Assembly: GCA_046565505.1 (NCBI GenBank)
Contig: JBKHYJ010000050.1
Coordinates: 32,415 to 96,414 of the forward strand
From: Blastocatellia bacterium
GTDB taxonomy: Bacteria; Acidobacteriota; Blastocatellia; UBA7656
Reading direction: 5' to 3'
DNA: 64,000 bases
Under the pieces are notes generated by a model that saw nothing but the letters and a program-made list of their open reading frames with translations, made no database searches and was not told the DNA's origin. The stretch's first letter is position 1. Each line of letters starts with the position of its first letter. A program made the translations under genes and the position numbers. Shown piece after piece: positions 20,787 to 30,700 of this stretch.

Positions 20787-22025
20787 TCATTTTATGCCCG
20801 TGAGGACATTATCAAGCAGATCAATGGCATCATCCTTTATTTTCGGCAGAAGGTGAGTGTAAATGTCAGCAGTAATCCGAATGCTCGAATGCCCTAAGAT
20901 TTCACTCACTACTTTTAATTCGACGCCTTGGGCGAGCAGGAGAGACGCGAAGAAGTGCCTCACATCATGCAGTCTGAAATAACGCATTCCAGAATCTCTC
21001 ATAAGTGCGTCAAGCTTTCGCCGGACGTTGCGAGGCTCGTAATAAGTGCCGAGCGAAGTACAAAAGACTAGATCATTCTCTTGCCAGTATTCAGCTTTCA
21101 ATCTCTCCTCTAATTGCCGTGTTCTGTGCTCGCGTAAAATTGGCAGTAGCGATTTTGGGATTCTCAATGTGCGGGCAGATTTCTTCGTCTTAGGTGGTTG
21201 GATAGCCAGTTTTCCTTGAAGGCGCTATAGAGTGCCGCTGACGCGCAGCATAGAGCCTTCAAAGTCTATGTCTGACCATTTGAGCGCCAGTGCTTCGCCG
21301 CGCCTCAAGCCAAGAGCGAGACCCACGCGAAAGAATGCTTCGAGTCTATCACCTTTAATCAACTCTAAGAATTTGCGGGCTTCATTAGGGTCCATAGGCT
21401 TTACCTCATGGCGCTCGACCTTCGGCGGGTCCGCGAGCAAACCAACGTTGCGAGCTACCAATCCCCAAGTCTCGGCTTTTTTTAGAGCCATTCTCAAAAC
21501 CGTGAGGCAGTATTGAACCGTTCGATTTGAAAGCAGCTTCCTTTCTCCATCTTTCCTTCTTGACTGGCTATTTTTTGCCATCAGGTTTTTAACCATTTGC
21601 TGACAGTGCTGCGGGGTCAGTTTAGCAAGTCGAATGTGTCCAAGCTCTGGGACAACATGAAGATTAATCATATGTCTGTACGAAATATATGTCGCCGGGC
21701 GGGTGGAAGGTTTAACGATATTTTCGAGCCAATTTTCGAGAAATTGTTTGACAGTTTGGGTCTCGCCGACAAGTGGCAAGCCCTGTTGCTGTTTGCGTAG
21801 TGCTGCCATCAACTGGTCGGATACCGCTTTGCGAGTTGTACCGTAAAATGTTTTCCGTCTAAGCCTTCCATTTTGATAGCCAAGATTAATTGCAGCAGCC
21901 CATCGGCCATCTTTACGCTTGTAGATCGTACCTTCGCCCTGCCCTCGCTTTCTCTTCTTGTTCGATATTAGTGAAGGATTGGTTGACCCGTTCTGATCCA
22001 ATGTGCCTTTACCCTCATTAGCCAT
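20787..22025 (-). pseudogene. Tyrosine integrase interrupted by one in-frame TAG (21225-21227)
   Basis: The two ORFs share a frame: VSGTL*RLQGKLAIQPPKTKKSARTLRIP; GLRRGE, HDVRH, LGHS and IYTH all present. Confidence 0.92.
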
Positions 22026-23190
22026 TATCTTTTTCCTCCTTCAATCTTTGACGGTATCTCCGCTTTTGCGCGGTGTGTCTGCATCGGTCAGAGCAGTAGC
22101 GAGCTTGATAGGCTTCTGTCACAAATAGTCGATTGCACTTCTCGCATCGAATGACCTTCCTCTGTTGAGTCAAATCCTGTAGAGCCATCATCGCAAAACA
22201 GCCGAGAAGAGATGCCGCCCTCCATTCCTGGCGAAAAGAACCATTCCGGTCTGTTGCTAATACCATTGAAGATGACGACACGAGATTGTTTAGCAGCCTG
22301 AAACCTCGTGAGCGGTGTGTTATGCCCCGTTCATCTGATCGGTCCTCAGACTCGTTTAAGCATATGAGCGCATCTCGAAGCGCCAACACACCCATGAAGA
22401 AATCCCATAATCTCTCGGAATAGATTTCCCAGAACGGCGGCGAAACAGGGGGAGGATACAGATAAGTCTCTACTTGCCTCTTTGGAATTGAGGGAAAGAA
22501 ATTTGACCATGTACCTTGGAAAGTCTCTTGGAATAGGGTGTCTTTTACCTTCACCCTTGGAAGATCACTATCAGGGGTGAGGATCATCTCCTGTATTAGA
22601 ACACCCGGTTGCACTGACAGCAGGCCATCGTAAATCTGCCCCACCCTTTTGCCCTTCTGTCCCTCCTCTATTAACCGATATACTCCCGGGTTCCAGCCTT
22701 GCACCTTAGTGCCTTCCATTTTTAAAAGAAGCGAATTATCTCGATAGTAAATGAACTGTGTTGGGTAGAGCAGGCCACCTTTAGGTCGTGGCAGCTTACC
22801 TTCTACTGCGGCCTTCCAGGGGTTTTCGGGAAGCCAACGTGGGGCTAGCGCCACCATATGGACTCTTTGATGAAGAATCCCAAGCAGCCCGAACTCCGAA
22901 CACCACTTCAAAAGACGGTCTGTGTTTTTCTTGCCTAGCTTCACACCATCAGAGTCAATCTCCAGCCCTTCAGCCAGGGCTAGCAGTGAGAGGTATGGCG
23001 GTCCTTGCAGGCGCTTCTCTGCCCAAGGCGTGGCAGAATCAGGATCGTTATCCCAGGAGTCTCGGTATGCCTGCCAGGGGTCGTACAACTCAGGCTCTGC
23101 TACAGGTGAAGGGGAAATATACCCGTCCTGCAACTCGTAATCGCTGAACCGCCACCACAAGGATTTATAGGGGTCGAATACTTGGGCCAT
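22018..23190 (-). CDS. Hypothetical protein with C-terminal CGNR-like zinc finger
   Basis: CEKC...YCSDRC followed by a basic helix; its stop overlaps the integrase start. Confidence 0.75.
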   Translation of the reverse strand: MAQVFDPYKSLWWRFSDYELQDGYISPSPVAEPELYDPWQAYRDSWDNDPDSATPWAEKRLQGPPYLSLLALAEGLEIDSDGVKLGKKNTDRLLKWCSEFGLLGILHQRVHMVALAPRWLPENPWKAAVEGKLPRPKGGLLYPTQFIYYRDNSLLLKMEGTKVQGWNPGVYRLIEEGQKGKRVGQIYDGLLSVQPGVLIQEMILTPDSDLPRVKVKDTLFQETFQGTWSNFFPSIPKRQVETYLYPPPVSPPFWEIYSERLWDFFMGVLALRDALICLNESEDRSDERGITHRSRGFRLLNNLVSSSSMVLATDRNGSFRQEWRAASLLGCFAMMALQDLTQQRKVIRCEKCNRLFVTEAYQARYCSDRCRHTAQKRRYRQRLKEEKDNG

Positions 23191-23297
23191 GATTTTTGTC
23201 CAGTGCAAGTCTTACAGTTGTTGCGGACGGTAAGTCTACAGCAATATAGTAATCTCTGCAAGACCATTTACGATGTTATAAGCGAAAAGGAGAAGCA

Positions 23298-23498
23298 ATG
23301 GAAAGAATCCTATTGAAACCTACAGAAGCCGCTGAAGTGATCGGGCTTGGGCGAAGCAAGACCTATGAGCTCATCTCGAAGGGGCTGATTCCTTCAGTGC
23401 GAATTGGCAAGTCTGTGCGCGTCCCTGTTGCGGCGCTTCACAATTGGGTTGAGCAGCAGCTTCGAGAGCAACAGCAACTCAAAGGAGATAGCGTGTAA
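23298..23498 (+). CDS. Excisionase / HTH_17 DNA-binding protein
   Basis: LLKPTEAAEVIGLGRSKTYELI...IPSVRIGKSVRVP; AGGAG RBS; divergent from the integrase. Confidence 0.9.
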   Translation: MERILLKPTEAAEVIGLGRSKTYELISKGLIPSVRIGKSVRVPVAALHNWVEQQLREQQQLKGDSV

Positions 23499-23524
23499 TC
23501 GGTTTATCTAGTGCAGCGGCAAAA

Positions 23525-24277
23525 ATGGGCAAAGCAGCTAGCAAATCCGAGTGCCGCGACATACAGCGACTTTATGCCACTGCTTTGACTGCTCGCGGTA
23601 AGCATCATCGGGCAAAACGCTTAGTTGATTGCGTCTTACAAGACGAAAAAAAAGAAGCCACCGGCTACCGGACTTGGAGATGTCAGCATCGCAACTGTCT
23701 CTTCTGTTGCTGGAAGTATTGGCGAACATTTATTGAAAATTATTTGCGGAAAATTAAGAGGCTTACTCGCAATGATTATCGCCTTAGTTTTCTTACTCTC
23801 ACAATTCCTAATGTACCTTCGCTTAGCCCCGAACTCTACAGAGAGTTGGCTGCTGACCTAAAGAAACTGATGCGCCGATACCCATTTAAGTGTCGAGTAG
23901 TTGGGGCAGTTGCAAGGATTGAAACCGACTTCAACCCTCACTCTCAAGACTTTCATATTCACATTCACATAATACTCATCTACAGCCAATGCATTCCTCA
24001 AAAAGAGATCGTAGAGGCTTGGACCGATGTAATGGGGCCGCATCTGAATGTTTATGAGTTGTCTGATATGCCAGGGCGTGAGAGTAAGCCTTGTGTCGTA
24101 TGGATTGAGAAGATCAAGCCAGGGACACTTAGGAAGATAGTTCGTTATGTTTTCAAATTCGAGCCATTTGAGGATGCAGAGGCGTTTGCCGAATACGATT
24201 GCGCAGTGAGGAACGTCCGGCTTGTTCAATCCTTTGGAGCATTGTTTGAACGCAATAGGAAGGCCCGGAGACATTGA
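23525..24277 (+). CDS. Rolling-circle replication initiator (HUH, Rep_1-like)
   Basis: Cys cluster, motif I FLTLT, motif II HIHIH, motif III YVFK. Confidence 0.78.
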   Translation: MGKAASKSECRDIQRLYATALTARGKHHRAKRLVDCVLQDEKKEATGYRTWRCQHRNCLFCCWKYWRTFIENYLRKIKRLTRNDYRLSFLTLTIPNVPSLSPELYRELAADLKKLMRRYPFKCRVVGAVARIETDFNPHSQDFHIHIHIILIYSQCIPQKEIVEAWTDVMGPHLNVYELSDMPGRESKPCVVWIEKIKPGTLRKIVRYVFKFEPFEDAEAFAEYDCAVRNVRLVQSFGALFERNRKARRH

Positions 24278-24301
24278 TAATGCCATTCTATCTATTTAAA
24301 G

Positions 24302-24327
24302 GGTGTACAAATGCGCATTTGTACACC
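24302..24327. repeat. Perfect 26-bp palindrome downstream of rep
   Basis: GGTGTACAAATGCGCATTTGTACACC is its own reverse complement. Confidence 0.9.
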
Positions 24328-24420
24328 TAGGGCTTGAGGCAAGGACCGCTCTAGGGAAAAGGACTTACTTTGAGAAGGAAGTGGGCAAGCTTATACAGGA
24401 CAGGAAGGGAAGCTGCGCGT

Positions 24421-24573
24421 ATGATTCATACCCCTTCGCCTTCAAAGCCGCTCCTGTGCCCTCTGTGCGCCGATACAGGCGGGTTTATCTACATTGATGA
24501 ATCGGATAGGGACAAGGGCGTGAGGGCGTGTAGGCATGACGGGCTGGATGGCCCAACTATAGAACTTGGGTAA
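24421..24573 (+). CDS. Small Zn-ribbon protein or gene remnant
   Basis: CPLC..TGG...GVRACRH motif; ends at the IS left end. Confidence 0.35.
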   Translation: MIHTPSPSKPLLCPLCADTGGFIYIDESDRDKGVRACRHDGLDGPTIELG

Positions 24574-25130
24574 GCCACTGGTTTGACCAGTGAGACTCGA
24601 AGAGCTTTGAGCGTTGCGGTAGTCCAATAAAGGGGCGCTTATGAATGCCGGAAACTTACCACAGTTCGGCTCATTCTAAATGGAATTGCGTCTACCATCT
24701 TGTGTTCATTCCCAAGTACAGACGTAAAACTTTATTTGGAAGAATTAGAAGAGAGCTTGGACCAATCTTTCACCAGTTGGCTAGGCAGAAAGAATGCAGA
24801 ATCATTGAAGGCCACATAATGCCGGACCACGTTCATATGTGTATTGAGATTCCCCCGAAGCTCGCAGTCTCATCAGTGATTGGATACTTGAAAGGTAAAA
24901 GCGCGATAGAGATAGCTCGGAGGTTCGGAGGGAGACAGCGCAACTTCAACGGAGAATGTTTCTGGGCAAGAGGCTACGCGGTTTCAACAGTAGGGCTTGA
25001 AGTAGAAACAGTACGAGCGTACATCAGGGATCAAGAGGCGGCAGACAAAGAAGGGAGGTTTTAAAGCTAGAATAATCGACCTCTAGTCGAGTTGAAATCC
25101 GCGTTTTGCCTGATCGAAGGCAAGCGGACT
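24572..25130 (+). mobile_element. IS200/IS605-family element, TnpA only (ends approximate)
   Basis: tnpA flanked by hairpins CACTGGT-TTG-ACCAGTG (24576-24592) and TTGCCT...AGGCAA near 25110; no tnpB. Confidence 0.8.
24645..25064 (+). CDS. tnpA: IS200/IS605 Y1 transposase
   Basis: YHLVFIPKYRR, DHVH, LKGKS, FWARGY and YIRDQ motifs. Confidence 0.96.
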   Translation: MPETYHSSAHSKWNCVYHLVFIPKYRRKTLFGRIRRELGPIFHQLARQKECRIIEGHIMPDHVHMCIEIPPKLAVSSVIGYLKGKSAIEIARRFGGRQRNFNGECFWARGYAVSTVGLEVETVRAYIRDQEAADKEGRF

Positions 25131-25355
25131 GAACATGTAATTGGTGTTTGCCAGTTCATTGTCAAATAGCCGAAGGCCATGTTAAGTAAATGACTTGCAA
25201 GATGATAAGTTTCCAGCAGGAGAAGCATGCTTTTTCTAACTCTGACTTTAATGTTCTTCGCTATGCTTGCTCGCCGTGGCTTTAAAAGGCATATAGACGC
25301 ATCTGGATTCAGCTTAAAAGGATCAGTCAAAGACAAAAGAGAACGGAGGCCATCA

Positions 25356-26174
25356 ATGGTGCTCAACGGAAATGATATTGAGAGCAGACGTATAATAGAA
25401 CGCGACAGCAATACAGGCTACCGCGCGGCAAGCTATGATCTAACCGTCGGTAGAATAATCTCATCAGATGGTGAGGAGATTCCTTCTTTATGGCTCAAGC
25501 CCCAGTCCATAGTTAGAGTAATCTCTCATGAAAGGCTAAAGGTGCCTAAAAATGTAGTAGGGTTTGCTACCGTGAAAACATCTCTCTGCGATGAAGGCAT
25601 TCTGCCATTGAATATAGGTATTGTTGATCCAGGATATGAGGGCCCAATATCCACTACACTTTTAAACTTTGGTACAAGAGAGTATTTGATACGACCAGGA
25701 AGAACATTCCTTAGAGTATCATTTCATGAATATCACCAACCTGAACACATTGAACCAATTAAAATAGCTGATGAGGATTATCTTGCAGATAAAAAGATAA
25801 GAGCACAGAATTTTTCTGATACTTTTTTGAATATTTCAACTCTTGAACAAAAGGTAGCTCAAAGGATAGAGTCTGTCGAGCAAATAGTAACCACGGCGAA
25901 GAGCGAAGTAAGAGGATGGATAGGAAGAGGCATAATCATGGCAACGCTCTTATTAACCATCCTACCTTTCTTAGTTACGCTTGGTGTTGATTATACAAGC
26001 CGGACTGGTTGGACCCGCGAGCAATTCAGGTCAGAGGTTATCAACCAAGTTAGACAGGATAAAGAAAGGGAGCTTGAAACGCAGATCAAAGACCTTCAAA
26101 ATGAATTAAGAGAACTAAAGGATAGCATAAAAGCCAGAGCGCCTGAGAATAGTCAGAAAACAGGAGAGCGGTAG
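25356..26174 (+). CDS. dCTP deaminase/dUTPase-fold domain fused to a TM helix and coiled coil
   Basis: ASYDLTVG and GIVDPGYEG motifs; hydrophobic GIIMATLLLTILPFLVTLGV; GGAGG RBS before ATG 25356. Confidence 0.8.
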   Translation: MVLNGNDIESRRIIERDSNTGYRAASYDLTVGRIISSDGEEIPSLWLKPQSIVRVISHERLKVPKNVVGFATVKTSLCDEGILPLNIGIVDPGYEGPISTTLLNFGTREYLIRPGRTFLRVSFHEYHQPEHIEPIKIADEDYLADKKIRAQNFSDTFLNISTLEQKVAQRIESVEQIVTTAKSEVRGWIGRGIIMATLLLTILPFLVTLGVDYTSRTGWTREQFRSEVINQVRQDKERELETQIKDLQNELRELKDSIKARAPENSQKTGER

Positions 26175-26183
26175 AAAAGGAAA

Positions 26184-27143
26184 ATGAAGGCATTTGATTC
26201 AATAGATGAGATACAGCATGCGTTTTTGGATTCACTTTTACGTGATGGGGAAAGCGTTCAGCCTAGGGGAATGCCGACCTTAGAATTGAGCGCTATAACG
26301 TTTAAGCTTTTGAATCCGAGAAAGAGGACTATTACAAACCCGATGCGACGTTGGAGCCTGCCATTAGCTTTAGGTGAATTTTGCTGGCATGTCTCTGGCT
26401 CGAATGAGGTTTCTTTCATTGAGTATTATGCCAAGCGTTGGAGGGATTTTGCAGAGGACGGTTCAACTATACGTGGAAGTTGTTATGGGCACAAAATATT
26501 TAAGCAACCTATCGAAGGGCCGAGTCAGTGGAAAAGAATTATTAAGCTATTGCAAACTGATCGTTACTCTCGCCGAGCTATTTTGAATTTTTCTGACTTC
26601 GATTTACCCGTAGATATTACGCCAAAAGATGTATCATGTGCATGCACACTCCAATTTCTTATACGCTCAGACAAACTCCATGCTTTTGCTTATATGCGCA
26701 GTAACGACGCCATATGGGGTCTACCTTATGATGTGTTCCTGTTTACGATGCTTCAGGAACTTATGGCATTAGAACTTGGCGTAGAACCTGGTTCTTACAA
26801 TCATTTCGCCACATCACTCCACCTTTATGAGCAGCATATTCAACTTGCTAGAAGAATTGTAAGCAGTGGCGTGGATCAGTCTTTTGAAATGAAGCCTATG
26901 ATAGACCATAGGTGGCTAAGTAGATTTCTTACACTTGAATCTAGAATACGGATGGGAGAACGATTAGACTATAAAAAAGAAGTGGCACTCTTACCTGCGT
27001 TCTGGCGAGATTTAGTTGAAGTTCTTTCTTGGTTTAGGTCTACAAAGGAACTAGGCGGTCCGTCAGAAGCTGCTAGTATGATTCCCATTGATTCCCCGTA
27101 TGAGCACATCCTGCGGAATCTCACGGCTAGTTCGCTTATATAA
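26184..27143 (+). CDS. Thymidylate synthase-family protein, probable (d)CMP hydroxymethylase type
   Basis: SRR, catalytic Cys in DVSCACTLQF, MRSND...GLPYD (Asp where ThyA has Asn), SLHLY. Confidence 0.85.
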   Translation: MKAFDSIDEIQHAFLDSLLRDGESVQPRGMPTLELSAITFKLLNPRKRTITNPMRRWSLPLALGEFCWHVSGSNEVSFIEYYAKRWRDFAEDGSTIRGSCYGHKIFKQPIEGPSQWKRIIKLLQTDRYSRRAILNFSDFDLPVDITPKDVSCACTLQFLIRSDKLHAFAYMRSNDAIWGLPYDVFLFTMLQELMALELGVEPGSYNHFATSLHLYEQHIQLARRIVSSGVDQSFEMKPMIDHRWLSRFLTLESRIRMGERLDYKKEVALLPAFWRDLVEVLSWFRSTKELGGPSEAASMIPIDSPYEHILRNLTASSLI

Positions 27144-27169
27144 GATATCGAACCATGTATCAAGTGAGC

Positions 27170-27601
27170 CTACCTGGGGTAATAAGGTATGAGTTCTGTA
27201 GTCCTAAATAATGCTATGGGCCCATCTTTCTTGGCTTGAAATCCCACTCGACCTTGAGGCCCGCCGAATTGATAAATCCAATCTAAACAGCTACCACATG
27301 GCGTAAACCTTTCCCTTTCAGCAACTATAAGAATCCCCGCCAATTCTATATGGCCTGCGGCAACCATACTTGTTATAGCATTTACTTCTGCGTGTACATC
27401 ATGGCTACGGAAAACATGCTCAACGTTACAACCTGCGAAAATTTTGCCATTGGATGACATTACAGCCGCGCCTACTTTTACTTCACCCATAATATACGCC
27501 CGTTCCCTGCATTCCCACGCAGCTTCGGCCAATATATTCCAGTGTTCTTCAGTAAACTCAAATTCTTCGTAAGTCATTTTCTTTTCGTGAAGAGCAGACA
27601 T
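27170..27601 (-). CDS. Cytidine deaminase family protein
   Basis: VGAA, GCNVE, HAE and PCGSC zinc motifs. Confidence 0.9.
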   Translation of the reverse strand: MSALHEKKMTYEEFEFTEEHWNILAEAAWECRERAYIMGEVKVGAAVMSSNGKIFAGCNVEHVFRSHDVHAEVNAITSMVAAGHIELAGILIVAERERFTPCGSCLDWIYQFGGPQGRVGFQAKKDGPIALFRTTELIPYYPR

Positions 27602-27720
27602 CCTCCCCTTAGAAGATATATCAACAATTCATACACCGAGAATATCAGCAATGGAAGAAACCGTATAGGTTAAGCGCAAAATCTAAACGCAATGGTGTTC
27701 CTTTGTTATCCATAGGCTCT

Positions 27721-30700
27721 CTAATTCTCCTGTAGTTTAGCCAGTAGCCCCTCACGACGTAGGGTAAGTACGCGCACAATATGGCTATCTATATTTTCAT
27801 CTGCTACAAGTTCAGTGCAGATCGAGCGCAAAGCTTTCCATAACATAGTGGATTCGTAATTTTCGTATTCTACAGGAATATGGTTTAACAACGATTCAGA
27901 GACGACAACGATTAGTCTTTGCTGCGTACGCGAAAACGCGACATTTGAACGATTCAGATCAAGAATGAACTTTGCACTAGCACCAATGGCTGCTGGATCG
28001 CTTGCTGTCCCTGAAACAAAAACAGTCGGGCGCTCACCTCCTTGTAAGCGTTCAACAGTGTCAATTACATCGACGGATTTGCTGAACCGGGAAAGGCGCG
28101 TTTGTAACAGCGTTCTTTGCGCTCTATGTGGTGTTACTATCGCGATAGAGTTGCTGGGACGCTCACCACCCGCATCCAATATGCGCTCGATAATGTTGAC
28201 CTCGATCTCATTACTTTGTTTTGACTCCCGTTCATTGTGTGAAACTAGATATAACCCCGTTTCACCTTCCCATACACTTTGCCAAGCATTCACACTTTCG
28301 CCGGGGACCAAGGGTAGCGCATTCCCCATTGGTGGTCCTTGCAATTCAATTTCATCCAGACGGTAAAGACGACTGATGAGTTCACGTATTTCGGCGGGAA
28401 GCCTAAAGGTATAACAAAGGCTAGAAAGCAAAATGGCTTCGTCAGGTATTGGAGTGCCCACAGAAATATTTCTTTTTATACGCTGTACGGCTTCGTACGC
28501 ACTAACAAAGGGCTGGTATAGAACAACTGGTGGGCGGTCTTCGCGGTCCCAATCGTGCGCCACTATCGGTGCAAGCTGTCGGTGGTCACCAGTCAGCATA
28601 ATCTCACCGTCAGGTTGCACAAGAGTTGCCAGTGCAAGAAAATCTGGGAAGACCATCATGCTAGCTTCATCAAGAATGAGCAGCGGGACTTGAAAGCCAT
28701 GTTTGAAGTCCGCACTTATATCAAGCTTTCTCACCATCTTTAAAATGGCACCCGTTGTCCCGCCTATAATTAGAATGGCATCCTTTCGCAAGTTCTTCAC
28801 GGTCGAAGCGGCTTTATCAGCAGCAAAATCTTCTATGTTGCCACTTGTAGGATCATATGCGCTGCTGGATTGAACCTTGCTTAGTTTTGTAGGAGGCATA
28901 GTCAATCCATTATCCATCACATACTTAGAAAAATCAGGCAGTAGTTCATCAACCTTTTTGAGTAGAGTGTTAATAGCTGTATGTGTATTCGCTGCTATTA
29001 AGACAATGTCCCTTACTTGGCGTTTCGCCAAAATTCGCAACAAGGTAGCTACGGACGAAGTAGTTGTCTTTCCCGTTCCTGGAGGGCCTTGCAAAAGCTG
29101 GATTTTGGTTGTTAGTCCGTTAACAACAGCTTTTCGCTGATCTTCCTGCAGGTTTTTTCCGGCAGGTGGCACAGGAAGGTTTTGCAACAAGGAGTCGTAA
29201 GTAGCAAGCATTGTTGCTGTCGGGGGGGTGATGGCTGGCACAATCGGTGACTGCGAATTAAACCAATCATAGGCATGGCTTCCTAAACGAGAACTGAGTC
29301 TATCATCAACATGCCCGCGTACAAAATCTGACGGGCTCTCATCAATAGTGGCGTGCGTAATTTTCATTCTGCTTTGGTCTCTAAAATCGGCGCTCTGTAA
29401 AATATATCGTGAAGCGTCCTTGCGCGGAATAACTGAAAGCCTAATCTGGCGGCTTGCCCAATCAACTCCATCAATAATGCAGTTGCTACCATACCTCATT
29501 AGCATACTGAATGTTTGCCCGGTATGCGGATCGGCGTGCGAAACAGTTAGTCTTACAAAATCACCTTCTACGAAACCACATCTAGACTCAAGCGCGCTGT
29601 AATTAATGTCATAACCGGACAAGTCAATGGAAGCCAAAAGTCTATTCGGACTTGTAACTCTAATGTTGGTAATAGGGATCGTTCTACCTTTCGGAACTCT
29701 AGCCGCTGGTGGCACAAGATGAGCGGCGATCCATTCTGTTGTGGCTACATGACGGTCTAGCCGCAAAAAATCTATTGCAGCCCGTGCTGGATCATTTACA
29801 CCCAGTGTGAAACTTTGCAATTCCGCAATGTTCATGAGAGGCTTGGTTATTTCATCATTCTTGAACCGTATGTTCTCTTCTACCCAGCGAAGTGCATGAA
29901 CACGTGCACGAAAATACTCTTCTAAATGCCTAGGTTTCGCAGCTTGATTATAACGTTCAATTGCACTACGTACAGGCGGGATAATTCCCGGTTTACTGGC
30001 ATCCAGTTGCCCCCAATAAGCCCGCCAATAAGGAGCGGTTAGCGAATCACTAAACCGGCTGCGGATTTCAAATTTATATGGTGTCGCGGACTCGCCGTCC
30101 TTAGCCCAAGTGTTATCAGATTTCAAACGGAGGGTGGTTTTAAAATCGAAAATGTCCTGTTCGAATATACGGTCAAGTTCCACATCGCGGCCTGCAATCT
30201 TTCGCACCCAGTGATAACGTCGCCCGTACCACAAAAGAGAAGAAACAACGGCTAGCCCTCTACCCGTCCAACCAAGTGCGTAGCGATGATCAACTTCGTC
30301 TTTAAGCGAAGAATAGATAAGCTGTTCAAGGCTATCCCTACAGCCAAGTAACTCGCGTAAATGCCCTAGCAAACCGGAACCCACACGAGAACAAGCCTCA
30401 ATAAGACGCGCAATTTCAGATTTCGACCAAACATAGAAATGAATCGGTGCGAAATCCGTTGCAGCAACTTCGGCAATAACATCAATTAGCTTGCGCAAGA
30501 AACCTTGAATTATCTCACGCTCAGAGCCAGTATCCTCATCATAACGGCCAGTCCACTGCGAGGACTTGAATTCAATAACTTCATGACTTATAAGCGCTCT
30601 TTTCTCATAAATCGGTTTCTTTGTTGTATAATCAACCCCTGTAACAAACCTTTCTTTTACTTCCGAATCATAAATCCACCTCTTGTTTTGGCTATCCCAA

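Noticed and set aside
21225-21227. Pyrrolysine or programmed recoding of the integrase TAG
   Set aside because: No pyl genes in the window; a CAG-to-TAG mutation is the simpler explanation
25227-25355. Extra N-terminal TM on the Dcd-fold protein from the longest ORF
   Set aside because: A GGAGG RBS precedes ATG 25356, where the fold starts; the extension is not excluded but is unsupported
26184-27143. Housekeeping thyA
   Set aside because: Asp at the specificity position, SCA instead of PCH, and location in island cargo
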